A stretch of 22,248 nt of DNA from Ginkgo biloba. Taxonomy: Eukaryota > Plantae > Ginkgophyta. Position numbers and translations under genes: made by a program. The notes below the pieces were generated by a model. That model saw only the letters and a list, made by a program, of their open reading frames with translations. It made no database searches and had not been told where the DNA came from. Shown here one piece after another: positions 20,967 to 22,248 of this stretch; position 1 is the first letter of the stretch, and each line of letters starts with the position of its first letter. The stretch is from contig JANKJI020000004.1 in NCBI GenBank assembly GCA_024626585.2, positions 64,870,450 through 64,892,697 on the forward strand, written 5' to 3'.

Positions 20967-22248
20967 TGTTGGAAATTAATGTCATTAGGGTCACAATAAT
21001 GAGTCACTTTTATTAAAGTCACATTAGACATTAAGTGACATTAAGTTAAGTTAGNNNNNNNNNNNNNNNNNNNNNNNNNNNNNNNNNNNNTAAAGTGGTC
21101 ACATGTGAAAGGTCAAGGGAAAGTTAGTGAGGGAGTTTTAGAATAGTTAAATAATGTAAATTAGTGTGAATTAGTGCCACAATTGGAGTAAGGGGGTTGC
21201 ATGCAATGCATCTACATTACTCCAACCTCTTTGTATATTTACTGAATGAAGAAAAAATTGTGTGGGAAGTGCACCATTGCGCTCCACCCCTCCTCTCTCT
21301 GATTTTTGTATTGTGTGTTGAATATGAGTTTATTATTTATCTCGTGGAGTAGTATTTTCTGTAGCAAGTCTGATATGCATGTTTGATCTTGGGAGTGCTC
21401 ATCTTAAGAGGGGCTATTGTATGTTTGAGTATTAGTTGTGCACTCTGATGTACCTTCAGACTTAATAACCTTAGTTGTTGTAGTGATTGCAAGTCTTGGT
21501 TAAACATGGGGGAGCTAGGGGTATTCGATTATCGCTTGAGCAATGGACCCTTGTTGATTCGAGAGTTGAATGGAGTGAATGACATGAAAATCAAGAGATT
21601 CAAATATGTGAAATAAACATTTGACTTGATGTCAAAGCATAAAGGGTTAAAGTTCCAAGACCAAAAAATGGTTGAAATAGTAGCAACTGGTGTTGTTGTT
21701 GCTGAAGCTAGAATCATTTGTCAACAATACGAAACTATTGCTAATGTTAGTGAAATTATTGTCAATAGAGCTCATGCGAATATTGTTGATACCACCACTC
21801 ACATAGCATTAGTAGTTGTCAGAAGATGTGTTAATACTGTGTGATACTACCACCCATGCTAATTCTCATATTAGAACCCTCCAAAAATTGACTACATTGT
21901 ACTAAGGAGGCCTTAACGTTGCACAAACAAAACATTGTCAAAGACTGGATTTAAGTAAGTTGACTTGGCAACTATGGTGAATGTTGTAAATGGGCACCTA
22001 GTGGCAGGCAGGAGCCATGTTAAATCATTTTCTATTGATGTTATCATTAAGGGGGGATCTTAGGTAATGTCAACACTACACTCTGACCCCTAACTAGCAT
22101 TAAGGGGGGATCTTAGAATATGTAATGTTTGTTGAGGTCACATTAGTCACTTAATGTTAGTGAGAGTTAAAGTTAGAATGGTCACATGTCAAGGGAAAGT
22201 TAGGAAGTTAGAATATTCTAAATAAGTATAATATATGTATCAAATAAG
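20967..22248 (+). mobile_element. Short non-autonomous or deleted copia-type LTR element: LTR, short internal region, PPT, start of second LTR (runs off window)
   Basis: TGTTGG start at 20967. Blocks gtcacattag and tggtcacatgt..gtcaagggaaagttag..ttagaata..taaataa recur at 21020-21155 and 22137-22225. PPT cattaagggggga immediately precedes the second copy. Faint RNase H C-terminal trace (KIDYI..TK.LSKTGF) at about 21885-21955. Confidence 0.7.

Overview
AT-rich, gap-ridden draft-assembly sequence from a land-plant nuclear genome (spliceosomal GT-AG introns, decayed plant retroelements, many N runs, several exactly 100 N). The only clearly functional gene is the 5' half of Ser/Thr protein phosphatase 5 (PP5) on the + strand. 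Three TPR-coding exons are unambiguous (16354-16523, 16621-16692, 18117-18267). A probable leader/start region lies at about 11700-12932, with the first coding exon apparently running into a gap, and the catalytic exons are not visible in the window. The rest is mostly dead transposable elements: a Ty3/gypsy LTR-gag-protease remnant, a LINE RT fragment, several Ty1/copia remnants, and a PMD-like remnant antisense inside a PP5 intron. I cannot support a claim of a new biological system. The best leads are in the PP5 intron at 16693-18116: several RNA hairpins with G-U pairs and a candidate 21/33-nt cassette micro-exon. All motif matches were made by eye from recalled consensus sequences; no searches or folding programs were run.
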